Origin: Gonapodya sp. JEL0774 | Lineage: Eukaryota | Direction of reading: 5' to 3' | Length of the DNA stretch: 55,892 bases | Assembly: GCA_027604505.1 (NCBI GenBank) | Contig: JADIIX010000144.1 | Location: 1 to 55,892, forward strand | Shown: piece by piece, positions 13,301 through 26,431 of the stretch | How positions within the stretch are numbered: position 1 is the stretch's first letter | Layout: the number at the start of each line of letters is the position of its first letter | Notes under the pieces: generated by a model | Seen by the model: the letters and a program-made list of their open reading frames with translations, nothing else | Told to the model about the DNA's origin: nothing | Database searches by the model: none | Program-made: the position numbers and the translations under genes

Positions 13301-14492
13301 GCTCAACCAACCCTGTTTCACTCTCTGTCTTTGCTTTTGTATTGTGCTCAAGCTATGTCCACCGTGTAGGACGTACCGGCCGCGCGGGCAACACCGGCAT
13401 TGCGTATACTTTCCTGACCCCCGAGCAAGACCGTTACTCGGTGGATATTGTCAAGGCGCTCAAGATGTCTTCCGCGAAAGTTCCAGAAGACGTTCAAAAG
13501 ATGGCGACTGCGTTTATTGCCAAAGTGAAGTCGGGAAGTGCGCAGATGTCGGGGAGCGGGTTCGGAGGCAAAGGTCTTGAAAAGTTGGATGCGGAAAGAG
13601 ATAAGGTCAAGAAAGCTGAGAAGAAGGTACGCTCTCGATTAAGTTATTCTGACGAAGGATGTCCTACAATTCTTCTGAATTCGAATGGCATCTCTGTCTT
13701 CTGTGATTGCAGCTTCACGGTGGCGGCCTCGACGAGGAAGAAGAAGAAGAAGTCGAGCCAGATGCTACCAAGCCTAAGAAACCGCAACCGTCGGGCGGGC
13801 AGGCTCCTGCTGCAGCTGCAAACGGAGACGCGGCGGCATCTACTTCTGGAGAGACTGACGGAGCTTCTGCGCCGACGGGGGCCATCTCGGACGCCGTCAA
13901 GGCAGCGAAAGATTTGGCGAAAAGGCTCTCTCAGAAGATTGGAACGTCGGAACAGGCCAGCAAGTTGTTGGAGATTCAAAAGAAACTCGGGATGCACAAG
14001 GAGGACAGACCGAAAGAAGCCGAGGTGCAAATTGAAATTGAAATCAATGACTATCCGCAAAAAGCTAGGTGGAAAGTCACCAACAAGGTGCGTATCCCAG
14101 TCGATGTTCTTCACTGTTTCGGGTGTGGGACTAACACTGTTTCATACAATCACCTGTTCCCTGTACTGTATCACATTGCGATCCATGTAAAACTGATATA
14201 TCTGGAACTGCAACATACGCTCAATTGCTCTTTATTATTGTAGGACACCATTTCCACCATCATCGAGCGCACAGGTGCTGCAATCACTACCCGTGGTCTG
14301 TATTACCCTCCAGACAAGCCGGTGCCTCCAGGAGAAAGAAAGCTCTATCTGGTGGTCGAGGGGGAGTCAGATTACGCAGTGGAGAATGCCCGTTGGGAAC
14401 TGATGCAGGTCATCAAGGAGGCCGCTATTATGGCTGCGGAACAGGAAGCGAGGGGTGGCGGAAGACCCGAGGGGAGGTATTTGGTAGTATGA
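10353..14492 (+). CDS. PRP5: Pre-mRNA splicing DEAD-box helicase Prp5/DDX46
   Basis: RD/RE-rich N-terminus, DTLDAFM (DPLD-like motif), [32 protein letters not shown]-terminal [14 protein letters not shown] and GRYLVV*; several GT-AG introns. Confidence 0.97.
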
Positions 14493-15388
14493 GATTTTTT
14501 TTCTCGATGGGGGTAAAATCAAATCTGGGTATCTTCTTGTCTGCCGTAATAAAGTGGACGTCCGCTTCAGTGCTTTTGCTCTCCCGTTACCCAGATCGTT
14601 GATGGAACCAATGTGAAACACTGAACTCCAGTTATCGCCAGCCAGAGAAAGTCAATCCTGTCGGGTTGCATATGCAAAAAAAAGTAAATTTGTTATCAAA
14701 TCATGAACCTTCCCAGCGATCTTACCTGCCCACAGTCCCCTCACCTTCCCTCGTGAGACCAGAGGTGCAATTCAACGATTTTCTTTGCGGATGCTATAGA
14801 TCAGAATCGAGACAAAACCAGTAAGCGAATAAAGCTAATATGGAGCGTCAAACAATTTATCATATTTGTGAGGACAGAACTGAGGCACAACCGCTCACGG
14901 CTGGGTGTCAAGTGGTGCCGACAAATATTGAGAGTGAAACGAAGCACAGTAAGTGAAAACTCTGAATTCAGCTTTTGGTGCTGTTTCAATCCAGGATCCG
15001 ATCCGTGGGTGTTTGAGTGTGTACGAATGTGTATCTATTGGATAGATATAGACCTTTTCATCCTGACCTCACACTACTCTTGGTGCTCAGACATAATATT
15101 TTGAGACCAAACAATGGTATTACTGGCTGAGACAAATACTTTTTGAAGAGAAAAGGTGTTTATGAATTGGGTCTCCCTGGACCAGGTCCTGGATCGCTTG
15201 GTCTCGGAGGCGCACACACACTCGGTCTGCTGGTGACCACCAAATTCCAATTGATTTCCAACCACAAATCCAAAACTCAACTTGCGCAACAGAATTTGTT
15301 GCAAACCAGCAAAGTGTCCTCCCTTCAATTTCCCTCACCGTCTGTCCTCCACCTCTGAACAACCGCCACCTCCCTCCGATCCCTTTCA

Positions 15389-17875
15389 ATGGCGACGGAC
15401 GCAATCGCACTCTTCAAAGGAGCCAACGAGCAGATGTCGAATCTAATGGCTCTTGTGGAGGCCAACAAGTGTCAATGCCAGCGACTCGGTGAGTAGCAAA
15501 GTTCATTTCAGGCGGAGCTGCACACGGAGACCACAATCTCAATCCCACCAACTACAACCATGGCCCCCGATTACGACCGACTCAGTTACGCGCGTTGGAA
15601 TGATTGGGGTTTTTGTCGAGCAATTACCCTCTACGCACGATCTAAGCAATCCAACGGTTCTTGTGGCCATTAAGCTGCTCGAGGTCGCACTTTTAAAATG
15701 CATGGAGCAATTACGAGCGTTTGCAGCACCAGCTTGGCTGCGAAAAGTACTTGAAAACGGAACGGATGCCCAATCCTTTGAGAGACTAAATCGCGAGCTC
15801 TCTGACGCAGCGAAGGGAATCAATGTGAGCGGGTCGCATGGATCGATTTTTTTCGTTGTGTGGATATTGACACAGGCGATGCGGCATTCACTTCAGCCTG
15901 ACATTCAGTTGAAGCAAATATTCAACGCCGCTGACGATGAGAGCGACCGTCAACAGGATTTGTCGGATTTGCAAAAACGGGATGGTGAGTCTAAGCAGCA
16001 ACCCCTTCCCTGCTCCTGGCCTCTCGATACTGATTACATGATGTAGATGAGCTCGCGTTCAAGCTTTCCAACTCTGACGATGCACTGGCGACTCAGTATC
16101 CCAATACTACGGAGCGCATGGCAGCAGTCCGCCGACAGTTCCAAACCACTCTCCAGCAGTGCGCACCAAAACCCAAGGAGCAAAGAGAGGCCGCAGATTC
16201 TTTGTTGGAGGGCTTCATCGTTCCGTACTCTGAGTTGAAATTGGAGAAGAAGTTGGGAGGAGGAGCTTTCGGAGAGGTGGGTGTGACCTGTTCTCAAACC
16301 CGTTGTTCAGAGATGTAAACTTGGGCAAACCTCTCTTTTGTGCCTGTGCTCTCCAGGTATATCTCGGCTGGTGGCGAACAGACAAGGTCGCAATTAAGAT
16401 TCTGAAAGGAGGCGACAACAAAGAATTCATGAATGAGCTGAAATTGATGGCGAAACTTCGACATCCGAATGCAATTCAGCTGATGGTGAGTTTTGGGCTT
16501 ACGTACCTAATCAGTATGTCTCGTTGGCTCACCATTTTCCGGTAGGCCGTCTGCTTAGAAGCAGGTCACCACGCCCTCATCATGGAGTACATGTCTCGTG
16601 GATCTCTCTTTGACGTCCTTGCGAACCAGCGGGTAGAACTTGACTGGCCACGGCGTTTTCGGTTTGCGTCGGACATCGCCAAAGGGATGGCGTACCTCAT
16701 TGGGCAGAAAATTTTGCACAGAGATTTGAAGAGCTGTAACGTTATGCTGAGGGAAGATTTGGTATGTTTATATGATTTGGCTCTGGTGTTTATTGGGATG
16801 CCGTTGTCTCATCTCAAAATAATGACTCTAGGGCGCTGCGAAGATTTGCGACTTTGGTCTATCCAAAATGCTGCAGGCAAAGTCTACGGATGTGGTCGGA
16901 TCCATTCGTTGGATTGCACCTGAACTCTTTAAACTTGAGCCAAACACTGAAGCATCGGATGTCTATGCCTTTGGCATGGTACTTTACGAACTCGCCACAC
17001 GACGATTACCGTTTGCTGAGTTTAATGACAAACAAGTTGAGGAGGCCGTAAAGAAGGGAGACCGGCCGATCATTCCAAAGGACGTGCCGAAGGGATACGC
17101 GGATGTCATTAGGGTTTGCTGGGATCAGGATCCGTCTAAACGGTGAGACGTCGAGCCTGCTGCATTTCCCATGTTTTACCAGCACGCTCAAACTATATGG
17201 AAAACTATAATCCAAATTTTAATAGACCAACATTCGAAAAGATCGTTCGCGAGCAGTGGCTGGAGCCCACCACTCCGGTCGCTCCAGTTATGCCCACTCC
17301 CTTTGCCTACCCTCGAGCTCCTGCAGTCGCTCCCGGCTACTTCCCTCAACAATTCTACGTCAACCCTTCCACCTACCCCCCCGCTCTTGGCCCCAAGGTG
17401 CCTCCACGAAACGAATCCCGGAATACTCCAATTCAGGTCCCACAGAGGAGCGTGTCGCTTGCACCTGGTGCAATGCCGAGGAACGTGCAACAGAACCCCG
17501 GACAGCCATTGGGCCGACAACCGCTTCCGAACTACCGAGGAGCAGAAGTCAGGGTTGTGAGCAATGATGTGCCAGGGTTGCAAGTTGGGCAGAGGCTAAT
17601 TTTGCACGAGGCTTGGTCGGACGGAATGGCGAGAGGGTGAGTGTTCCTTGTGTTGCCCGACCTCGATGCAAAACCAAGGAGATGTTGACACGGCTCGTGG
17701 CTTGATTGTTGATAGTGTTGACCCGAACACAAACCAAATATTTGAGTTCCCTTTGCGAGTCGTCCGAACGAACGCTGGTGTCCAAACGACGCTGCAACCG
17801 TATGGCGGTGGTGCACATTTGCAGATGCAAGGATTTCCGATGCAGGCGATGCAATATCAGTACCAATCGCGATGA
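15389..17875 (+). CDS. TKL-family protein kinase with N-terminal MLKL-like four-helix bundle and C-terminal SH3-like domain
   Basis: N-term VEANKCQCQRLVTRV...WLRKVL...FERLNRELSDA resembles the MLKL N-terminal domain. Kinase motifs GGGAFGEV, VAIK, HRDLKSCN, DFG, GSIRWIAPE, SDVYAFG. Pro-rich linker, then LILHEAWSDGMARGVDPNTNQIFEFPLRVV (SH3-like). Confidence 0.85.
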
Positions 17876-18075
17876 ACAGCGCAGGCGCTAGTTGGGAGAG
17901 GTGGTGGCGGCGCTCACAAATCACGGTGGGGGCATGGACTACATTGGTTTGCTTCGTGGCATTGTCATATCATGCTTCTGGGAATTTTTTCCTATACCGA
18001 GCTTAGTTAATCGGTAATTTTTGTATGTACTCTAAATTTGGATCGCTTGCAGCTTGAAATTTTTGCCACTATGCT

Positions 18076-20768
18076 TCATTTCTTCCCTTTCAATTTGTCG
18101 ATCACTTCAACAAGTGTGCTGGTCTTCGTTGCTCCGCTCCCGATGAATGGCACCTTCCATCGGTCCTCCAAATAATCGAGTACTTCCTTGACCTTGGAGC
18201 CCTAGGACACAAATGTAAATGGCAGTAGAATCAATTCTCAAAGATCTTTGTAGTGCTAGATCTTTGTAGTGCTTCGTCAGGCTCACCTGCACCAGAAGCT
18301 CGAACGAAGGTCTCGCAGACGTTGACGTAGCTGTTTGCTGGACTTTGTAGTAGATTGTATGTTAAACAGAGTCCCGCAATTGGGAATGACTCCTCGCTTA
18401 CCAGACGTCCCTGTTCCACATCGACTTCGGAGATCCTCCGCGGCTTTCTCCGAATCTATTCCGTACGGTTCCATGCCCACGACTTTAGTAATAATTTTGT
18501 TCGATCCTCTCCGCTCCACCGTAATGACAATTGAAGGTGGCGTTCCTTTCCTGCACCAAGCAACATGGGTTACCGTCAGTGGAGCCATACCCCAACAGTC
18601 CTCAACGATGCACTCCACGCACCGAACGGAAGGGTCTTCACCAGGTATAGTAAGTTCATAATGCGTTTGCATGTTTTCCAAGAATCTTTTACGAAGGGAC
18701 CACGTTTCGAGCGCTTGCACGTGGTTGGCTGGAATGCGGCACGCACGCACCTCTTTCCTATCTCATCCCTACCAATGGTATCTGCAATCTGCTCCTCCTT
18801 CCTCAAAAGCTGAACGAGATACATGTCGAGCTTTACCCTCCTGAAGTGAAGGTACATGTCAGATATGACGGTCCTACTTCGCCACCAAACATGGGTCTAC
18901 CTCGGATCCGATTCCACCACGAGCCCTTTCTCTTTCACATAGTTCTGTACTACTTCTCTTGCTTCAGCAGCTGTGTAGAGAATGTGTGTATCCTTTCCAA
19001 GCTCAGAGAACACCTCTTTGGTCCCGGAGGAGTGCGGTTTGTACAGAAGAACAACCCTGATCGTTTCGGATTTGAGACTTGCGGGCGCTTTGGACGATTC
19101 AGCGGATGAAGTTTGCGTGGACGCCTTTGCTTGGCGAAATGGCTGGAACGATGTGAGGCTATCATACCGAGACGATACAATATTTTGATTATTGATCTAC
19201 GTTCCGCGAATGGCTCAATTTGCAACTCACTCGGGATGCAGTTTGTTGATTCCCATCAGCATAACTTCTCCCTTCACTTCTTTTACTTTCAGTAGCCCTC
19301 TTTTCTCTTGAGCTTTGAGAAACTTCGAGAGCTGTATTTATATGCTTGAGGTTGATCCGAAAACTGGCATTCACACAATGTTGCGCATTGATGCACTCCA
19401 CCTTTTTGAAGCTAGTTTTTGCAATCTCCAATTTCTCCCCGGGAGGAATACTCGTCTGAATATACGCCGAGTAAAATGTTGAGCCAGACATTGGAAACAA
19501 TTCACGTTCCCTGGCCTTGTCCTCGAGCAAGGGCATCAATTTGGTCTTGAGCGCTTGCAAAAATGCCGATTGTAGCACTGCATCACCATCAGAAGGGGTC
19601 AGGTCGGAGGAGGATCCCTGAACGTCATCTGGAGTAGGTTCCACTTCAGTCTCCAATGATTCATCGACCTGAGCTTGGGATAACCGCGATTCAGTACCAA
19701 GGAGACCCTCTTCACTCAGTGGCTCGGCGGTGGTTACAGGGTTGATTGCGATGGCGGATACAGTCCCGTCTTCTCGATCATCCTCAACGACTTCCTCATT
19801 CTCATCTTCATTTGTCGACTCGGCAGTGCCCGCCAGCTCCTCGGGCATCTCTGCTTTACGTTTGTTACCAGCAGTCCAAAGCCAGTCACCTGACCAGTGA
19901 AGCAGCTTGACTCCCTTTCCCCGCATCCCTCCTGATTTCCCATCCTCCGATGATGTGAGAGCGACACCAACGCAAAGTGAAGGGGTGTCAGAAACGAAGC
20001 GACGTCGATCATGAATGTTGATGGAGATGGCGTCACCCGGCTTAAACGGGGGTAGACCGAGTTTGGGAATTATGACACCAGGAAGCATCAGGTCTATGAA
20101 AAGCAAGTTCTGTTTCACGGTAATACGGATGCAGATGCGGACTGGGACAACCTCACTTACCCGCACCACCTAGTAGCTTTCCCATTACAAAGCCATGAGT
20201 CGACAACAGCACACAACATTGAGGTATCAGCCAAATGGTGTACACTATCGAGAAAAGTGTTGATCAACGGAGGCCTACAAGGCACGTGCTCCGTCTAACA
20301 TTGAAATTTGAATTATTTATCTCCGTCTTCAAAAACCAAACTTCTGCAGAGAAGGGTCAAAATCTGACTTGAGGGTATCGAGGTGAAGCCCAGACATGCC
20401 TACCACGAGAGCTTTCTCACCCTTACAACCGACCCACATCAGAACTCACCCGTGGGATAAATATTTTCATTGGCATCTCGGAACCACCACGGCTGGTCGT
20501 GAATGCGGTATACGGTCACAACTTCTCCGGTAGATGTTTCCACTCGCTCTTGAACTACATCGTCACCACCTTTCCAGCCAGCCGCCTCCAGGTCACTTTC
20601 CAATACCCTTGGTGCAAACCTTGAGAGTATTTCCCCGCGGAGCTTTCGCCGATCGGATGACCGCACAGCTGTTTGAGATTTGATATGAAACGGACGTTTG
20701 AACTAGAACGCAATACCGGCGAGTGAATGGGAATGGAAAGCATGGAAAATAGATTCAAATCACACCAT
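18076..20768 (-). CDS. EIF2D: eIF2D / ligatin (Tma64)
   Basis: M|FKRPFHIKSQTAVRSSDRRKLR, PUA region DLMLPGVI...GKGVKLLHWSGDWLW, SWIB-like region, SUI1 region VERRGSNKIITKVVGMEPYGID...QG; stop after LKGKK. Confidence 0.92.
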
Positions 20769-21106
20769 CTTTCTCCAAGTAGTGCGGTATACCTCGCTCT
20801 CGCTTGGTTTTCTTGTGATGCGACCAGCCAGCCGATGCTGCGAGTGACAGGCCACGGGACGGAGAATTTCTCGTGGTGTGGGCATGGCGCCTTGAAACGG
20901 GGACAGCATACCCGCCAATTTGCAAGAACACTGCTCACACTGTCCGTCGCCCTGGACGGACTATGAGAAACATTCTATGTGGTGATGTACCGTCTCGAAG
21001 GGTATTGAAAGGATAGCTTTCGTTCTCCGAATGAATGAATATGCTGTTTGACTTCAAACACACACACTTGGCAGCATACTTGCACCACGGGGCACGGCGC
21101 AAGACT

Positions 21107-24100
21107 ATTAAGCGTGACAGACATCGCCAATATGTTATATGTTCTCATTGATGCATCGTGGAGAACTACAACAATACCTGAATAGCACAATATACTTTAA
21201 CAAACACAGGCACAACACCATTACAAAATACAACTTTCACGTCGGCACCTGAAATCCGAGCACACCAAAGGGAGCTTTGCCTTTCATTTTTGGCCTCAGA
21301 GGATCTGCAGGGTTTATCCAAATTCTATACAGTTCGTGCCGCACAGCAGGGGACAGCCTCCAAATGTCCCTGGTCACAACTAGTTCCTTTGTTGACGTTT
21401 TTGTTGAGGTGCACCTGCATTGGTGTTGCTTTGTTCCAAACGTTTTACCCCACCAAACTTTGTCCCTGCACCGTGGACATTCCCGAAGGGACCATTCCAT
21501 CGACTGTGGGTTTCCAACAACGTCTGCTACAGAAAGCATCTTTCTTCCTGTACGAAGAGCGAAGTTTGGTCTGATGGCTGTGGCATTTGGGATCTCCTGC
21601 TGCTCGCTGAACCCTGCTTGGTTGGCAAACACCACTGAGGGCCGGCCAGCTTCATTGTACAGCTGCAGTAGATGGTCAACCATAGCTCTCTTTGTGTAAT
21701 CTTCCCATCCAGATTCTTCGCTACTGCGGTTCCTATTCGCGTTTAGTTTGGTGTAAACCCATGCGAATGAGTACACCTGCACCAGCGTTCCCAACTCCCG
21801 TCCAAGAGAGGTGAGCTCGGCACTTGCCGGTGGAAAAACTTGATTTGCTGACAACAAGCCAAAGGCGGAGAGTTGGCTGGTGTCTTGCAGGAAAGGAAAA
21901 ATGCGCGGCACGTCCAGGACATCGTGTCCAAAAAGCAACCAAGTTGTGCGACCCCTCCACATGAGGGCGCTGCTCACCGCCCTTGCATTCATGATTCGCA
22001 GAAAGACGTGTTTGTGGTGTCAGCAGGTATCCACCCGTCGGACACCCGTCCACTGTGCAAACGCGCCATTGATATTGCATTGCCGGTCGTTTTGGGGCCA
22101 CGTATGTCGGACTGACAAGCAAAGCAAGAGTCGTAGCAACAAATGCGGGATAACGTGGGTCGATTGGGTTCGAGGCCGTCCCGGTGGTTGTGGTGTTGAG
22201 TGGGTGGTCCGGAGCGACTGTGTGCCCAGGTGAGTTGGCGCTCCGATAAAACGCTCCACCTTCCTCCACACCACGGGCCCATATCACCGAATTGTCCGCT
22301 GGAAACCCTCGACCGTGACATCTTTGAACACATGGATGGTCGATACACGTCCATGTATGGTCCGAATCGGATCGGCAATCTGGGCAAGGGCCAAGTCAAG
22401 CTGCGAACGAACGTCTGTGAGTCCAAAGGACGCCGCAAACCCGTCGGTTTCGTGGAGGTACAGTGTTTGGAGCTGATTCTGCAAATCTTGAACCCCCTGG
22501 TCGGTCGGAGCTAGTTGGGGAGGAGAAGCAAGGTGGGTGCTCAGACATCTGAGTCTTTTCACCAAAGCACAACTCAATATGCTCTCAGCCTCTGTTTGAA
22601 ACATACCTTGTTCTTTCACCAGCTCTCTAGTGTTCACGAAACACTCAATCATGTACTCGGTTGAGTTGTCGATTGCTTCCAACACCTCTGGCCTCAACGC
22701 AACTCTTCGATAGAACCCACCAAAAGCTGAGTTCACGGCATCAGGATTGATGGCGAGTATCATTGCGTCTTCAATGTCTCCGAGAAACTCCAGTACAGGT
22801 TCCGGTCTATCTCCGCACCACTCGGGAATCTCAACTACGACCAATGTTCTGGCCATCATTCGTGCAAGGACCAGGTGAGTGGAACTGTCATCGTCAACGT
22901 TGTCTTCCTCGGAGTGGTTTTTGAGAACTTGCCCCACAATTCCCAGGAAGTTGGTGATTCGGACTCGAGACTCCGTGCTCGCCATGTCGGAAGCCATCCT
23001 CTCCAACCCATTGTATACTCGGGATATGCCAGCGTAACGAAAAGAAAAACTTTCGCTATCTTGTGGGACTGACAATACCATATCCTTTCCCATGTTCCCC
23101 ACCTCACCAGCAACACCGTATGGGCCACAATCTTCGAGAATAAGTCCATCCACAAACCCTGCAATCTCTGTGGAGACGCCTTCGTTCACCAGACTCATAG
23201 AATTTCGACGTTCTCTGTCCACCCCGATAGCGTCTGAGAGTGAGGCCATCGCAACAACAGCCCACGGGGAGTCCCCGGGTTTGGCTTGGATGTACATCTC
23301 CAACGCTTCCTTGGCCTCTTCGCTAGTCAAGCGCAACTCGCGCACATAGATTTGTGCATAGTTGGACATGCTTTTGATGGGGAACGGAAATTGGTGAGTT
23401 GCAGATTCAAATCGTTGCTGGATCGTGGGTGCAACTCACCCGGCACTTGTCGCCATGTCACTGGCAGTAAAATCCCCCGCGCTCGGATCAATTTGAACGT
23501 CGTACCAATCCTCGAGGTTCTCTGGCACAGGAATCGGTGTCGGTGGGTCCGAGATGGCACTGGTGAGGTCGCCGGCGAAGAAGGGTTTGGGACGCAGCTC
23601 AACGCCCGCGTCGCGAACATCATCTTTGAGACGCATTGTGACACGCGGGATGCATTGGACGGAGGATTTGGAACGCAAAGATGGCAGAACGAGGTGAGTG
23701 AGTAAGTGGTCGGCGATGTGGGTGAAGACGGAGGAGGTGATGGAGGGGGGTACAGGTATGGACGTGCCACGACGGTAGTACTGTACGCGGTGGTGGAGGA
23801 CGCGCTGAAGGGCCTGAATTGCACCAGTCAATGAAGGGTTGTGATAATAGCTCTCCAGAACATTGGCCACCATTTCTCTATCTGCTTCATAACGAGACAG
23901 GGATTCCTCTTCAAGTCCGCGCATGGCTTCAACTCGAAGAACCTTCTTGGCGTGACGCTTCTTGGCGTGAAGTTTCTGGCGGTCTGTGGTGCGAGTCGCC
24001 ACGGTGCGAGCCTGACGAGCGAGGAAGGCTGCTTGGATGGGAGCAAGCAGTGCGGAGTGTTCCATTGCAACAACGAGTGAAATTACGGGCGGGCTATACG

Positions 24101-24680
24101 TGTGAGTGTTGGAGGAGGAGTGTTTCGAAATGGGCTTCGGTTTTGCGAAAGGGATTCGGTGACAGGTCTCTGTGTGGTGGTGTCAGATTACCGTACATAG
24201 AATAGAAGAATCGAGTGGTTAGTTTATGTAGGAGAAAGACTGTATTCCTATGATTCCATGAGCAGATTCTCGTAGTGCGAAAAAATTTGGCGGAAATTCC
24301 CACATTTTCCTATGCGGAACAAGGATAACTCGGCACCCAGACGTTCCACGGCGTTCTCCCCACTGGTTTTCTATTCTAATTGGTCCATTCAATATTTTTT
24401 TCGGTGCTGAATCCTTCCCCAGGTGTCCATTCTCTCAAATCAACAGGTTTCCAGTGTCCGATCCAACGTTCCTCCGCCAGTGAGGATCCTCATCGCTACT
24501 TGGAACCTGACAGTGGACCCGCGAGGAGCAAGGGCGGAAGAGGACTGCATTCGAGAGGAAAGAGATACATACTCACTGGAATAGAGCAACGACAGACTGA
24601 AAGTGTTTCGATTTCCGAAATTGGAGATATCGAGGTGCTTCTTGGTGCAGGGGTTTGTTGCCGCAAGATCACAGGCTATC
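21107..24680. repeat. Copy 1 of ~6.2 kb repeated unit (internally deleted, right-truncated)
   Basis: Collinear with 26305-31218, starting at ATTAAGCGTGA. Lacks 27483-28784 of copy 2 (junction at 22288/22289). Homology ends at ...AGGCTATC (~24680). Confidence 0.95.
21237..24065 (-). pseudogene. Copy 1 of GIY-YIG-like/UDG-like/Zn-motif protein gene, disrupted
   Basis: Same reading frames as copy 2, but a 1.3 kb deletion removes most of the UDG-like domain, and an extra A at ~21938 shifts the frame. Confidence 0.8.
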
Positions 24681-26431
24681 ACAGGCTTGCACGCGACACT
24701 TCATTATATTGTCGGGGGTAGAAGGAGAATTTCTCGAAGTGGGTGATGTTAAACAACACGACACCCGGGGTGTAGAACCAGGCCTAAAGAACCTAGAACC
24801 ACGTATGAAGACGCCGAACTAGTACCACGTCGACAAGTACACTCTTCTGCCCTTCCGGGCGATTGGTTTCTTAGCACAAAAGAAGATAAAACAGAGAACA
24901 CGTGATCACTTTCAACGAGCTCGCGTAGCTCGTGGCGACTCCCTCGGGACGTTTCCCAAGTGAAAGCAATATGGTGTGGACGTTTGTACTTCCTTCCTTT
25001 GTCCTTTTCGTCTTTCTTTTCTTCACTTTCTTTCGTATGGTATTCGATGTCCCCCAGTACAAAGCCTAGTCATTTATATGACATCACCGTTCCCCAGTGT
25101 CCTAATACCACATGATTCATCACGTCTGCAACTAAGATGTTGCGCTTTCACTACCCCAATTTCAACGCGGAGCTAATTGTAAACTCAGATATGAAAATGA
25201 GATTTTTCGGGATGTCAAAACTTCTGGTCCCACGTGACCAGGATCTCGCACTGTTCGGTCTGGGTTCGAATCCACGAACCCACAACTTCGACCAATTCCA
25301 ATTTTACGCACGACATATATCCGTCATATATTTTGTTTTGAAGTCTGAATTACAAGTATATGCATTAGTGAAATAGTGAAGTATTGTGCGCGTTTACCTG
25401 CTTGTTCAACGCCCTCCGTTCCAGATTTTGACATACGAGACCAACCCCATGATGCCTGGAGAAACTGCCACACATTTTTTACAGTGCTCGAAAGAGCAAC
25501 AGACGCGTGACACACCGGTGACCGGATCACAGAGCCCTAAGAGCGATGGCAAATTGAAACGAACCAGCGACGTCCCGCCCAAGTTCACCACGACTAGCAC
25601 ATGGTCAGCATCCTGAGTGTGCTGCTCCAGCTATGGGCGCCCCTTCCACTGCCTGTTGCCATGTCGACAGCCCTGATAAAGGCGCGCCAAAGCCCCAACG
25701 ACTCCACCAGCGCTGCCAACAACTCCAACTACCACTATCACCACACATCGCCAAATCTTGCAGTGACGCACACGTAGATGTCACATAGTCCAGGGAGGAG
25801 CTCACGCCGAGGAGCGGGCTCAACCGGGCGGTCATGGATCGTCGGGCATGAGGACGGAGGGTTCAAGGAGCGAGTTTCAGGGCCGTTCGAAAGCGAGAGA
25901 GCAGCAAAATAACAATCGTCACGGCGGCAAGCATCCAGTACCAAGTTCAAGAATGTCACAGAGGCAGTGGATGGTTTTTACTCAAGGGTGGGTTAACCAA
26001 ATCCGATCCCTCCCAAGAGAAGGACCAGATTTGGTGCTGAACTTTGTCTGCCTTTTACGGTTGAGAGACATATGAATCTCCACGGATGAGCTATCGGAGA
26101 TTCGCCTCACAGTCAAGAATAATGACATTTGGTGTGCACAGTGTAAGTACAAGGAATCCAAGGAAGTTGCGGTCCCTGCTCTTCATCCTTTCAATCCGGT
26201 GTAATGAGCCAATTTACAAATCAGTCCACGCAATGACCGAGTGTGCATAATATTGACACAAAATAATTAGATAAAACATTTTGCCAGGCACAATAGAAAA
26301 AATGATTAAGCGTGAGAGACATCGCCAATATATTATTTGTTCTCATTGATGCATTGTAAGGAATTAAAAGAATATCTGAACAGCCTGTAACAAGAGAAAA
26401 ACAGGCACAACACCATTACAAAATACAACTT

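Noticed and set aside
25225..25285. GGGTTCGAATCC B-box-like motif suggesting a second tRNA
   Set aside because: No T-stem beyond 2 bp and no D or anticodon arm can be folded.
24700..26300. Possible LTR/PBS (TGGCGACTCC at ~24933) and gag-like scraps between copies 1 and 2
   Set aside because: No TG...CA pair with a TSD and no continuous recognisable ORF; probably relic DNA but not supportable.
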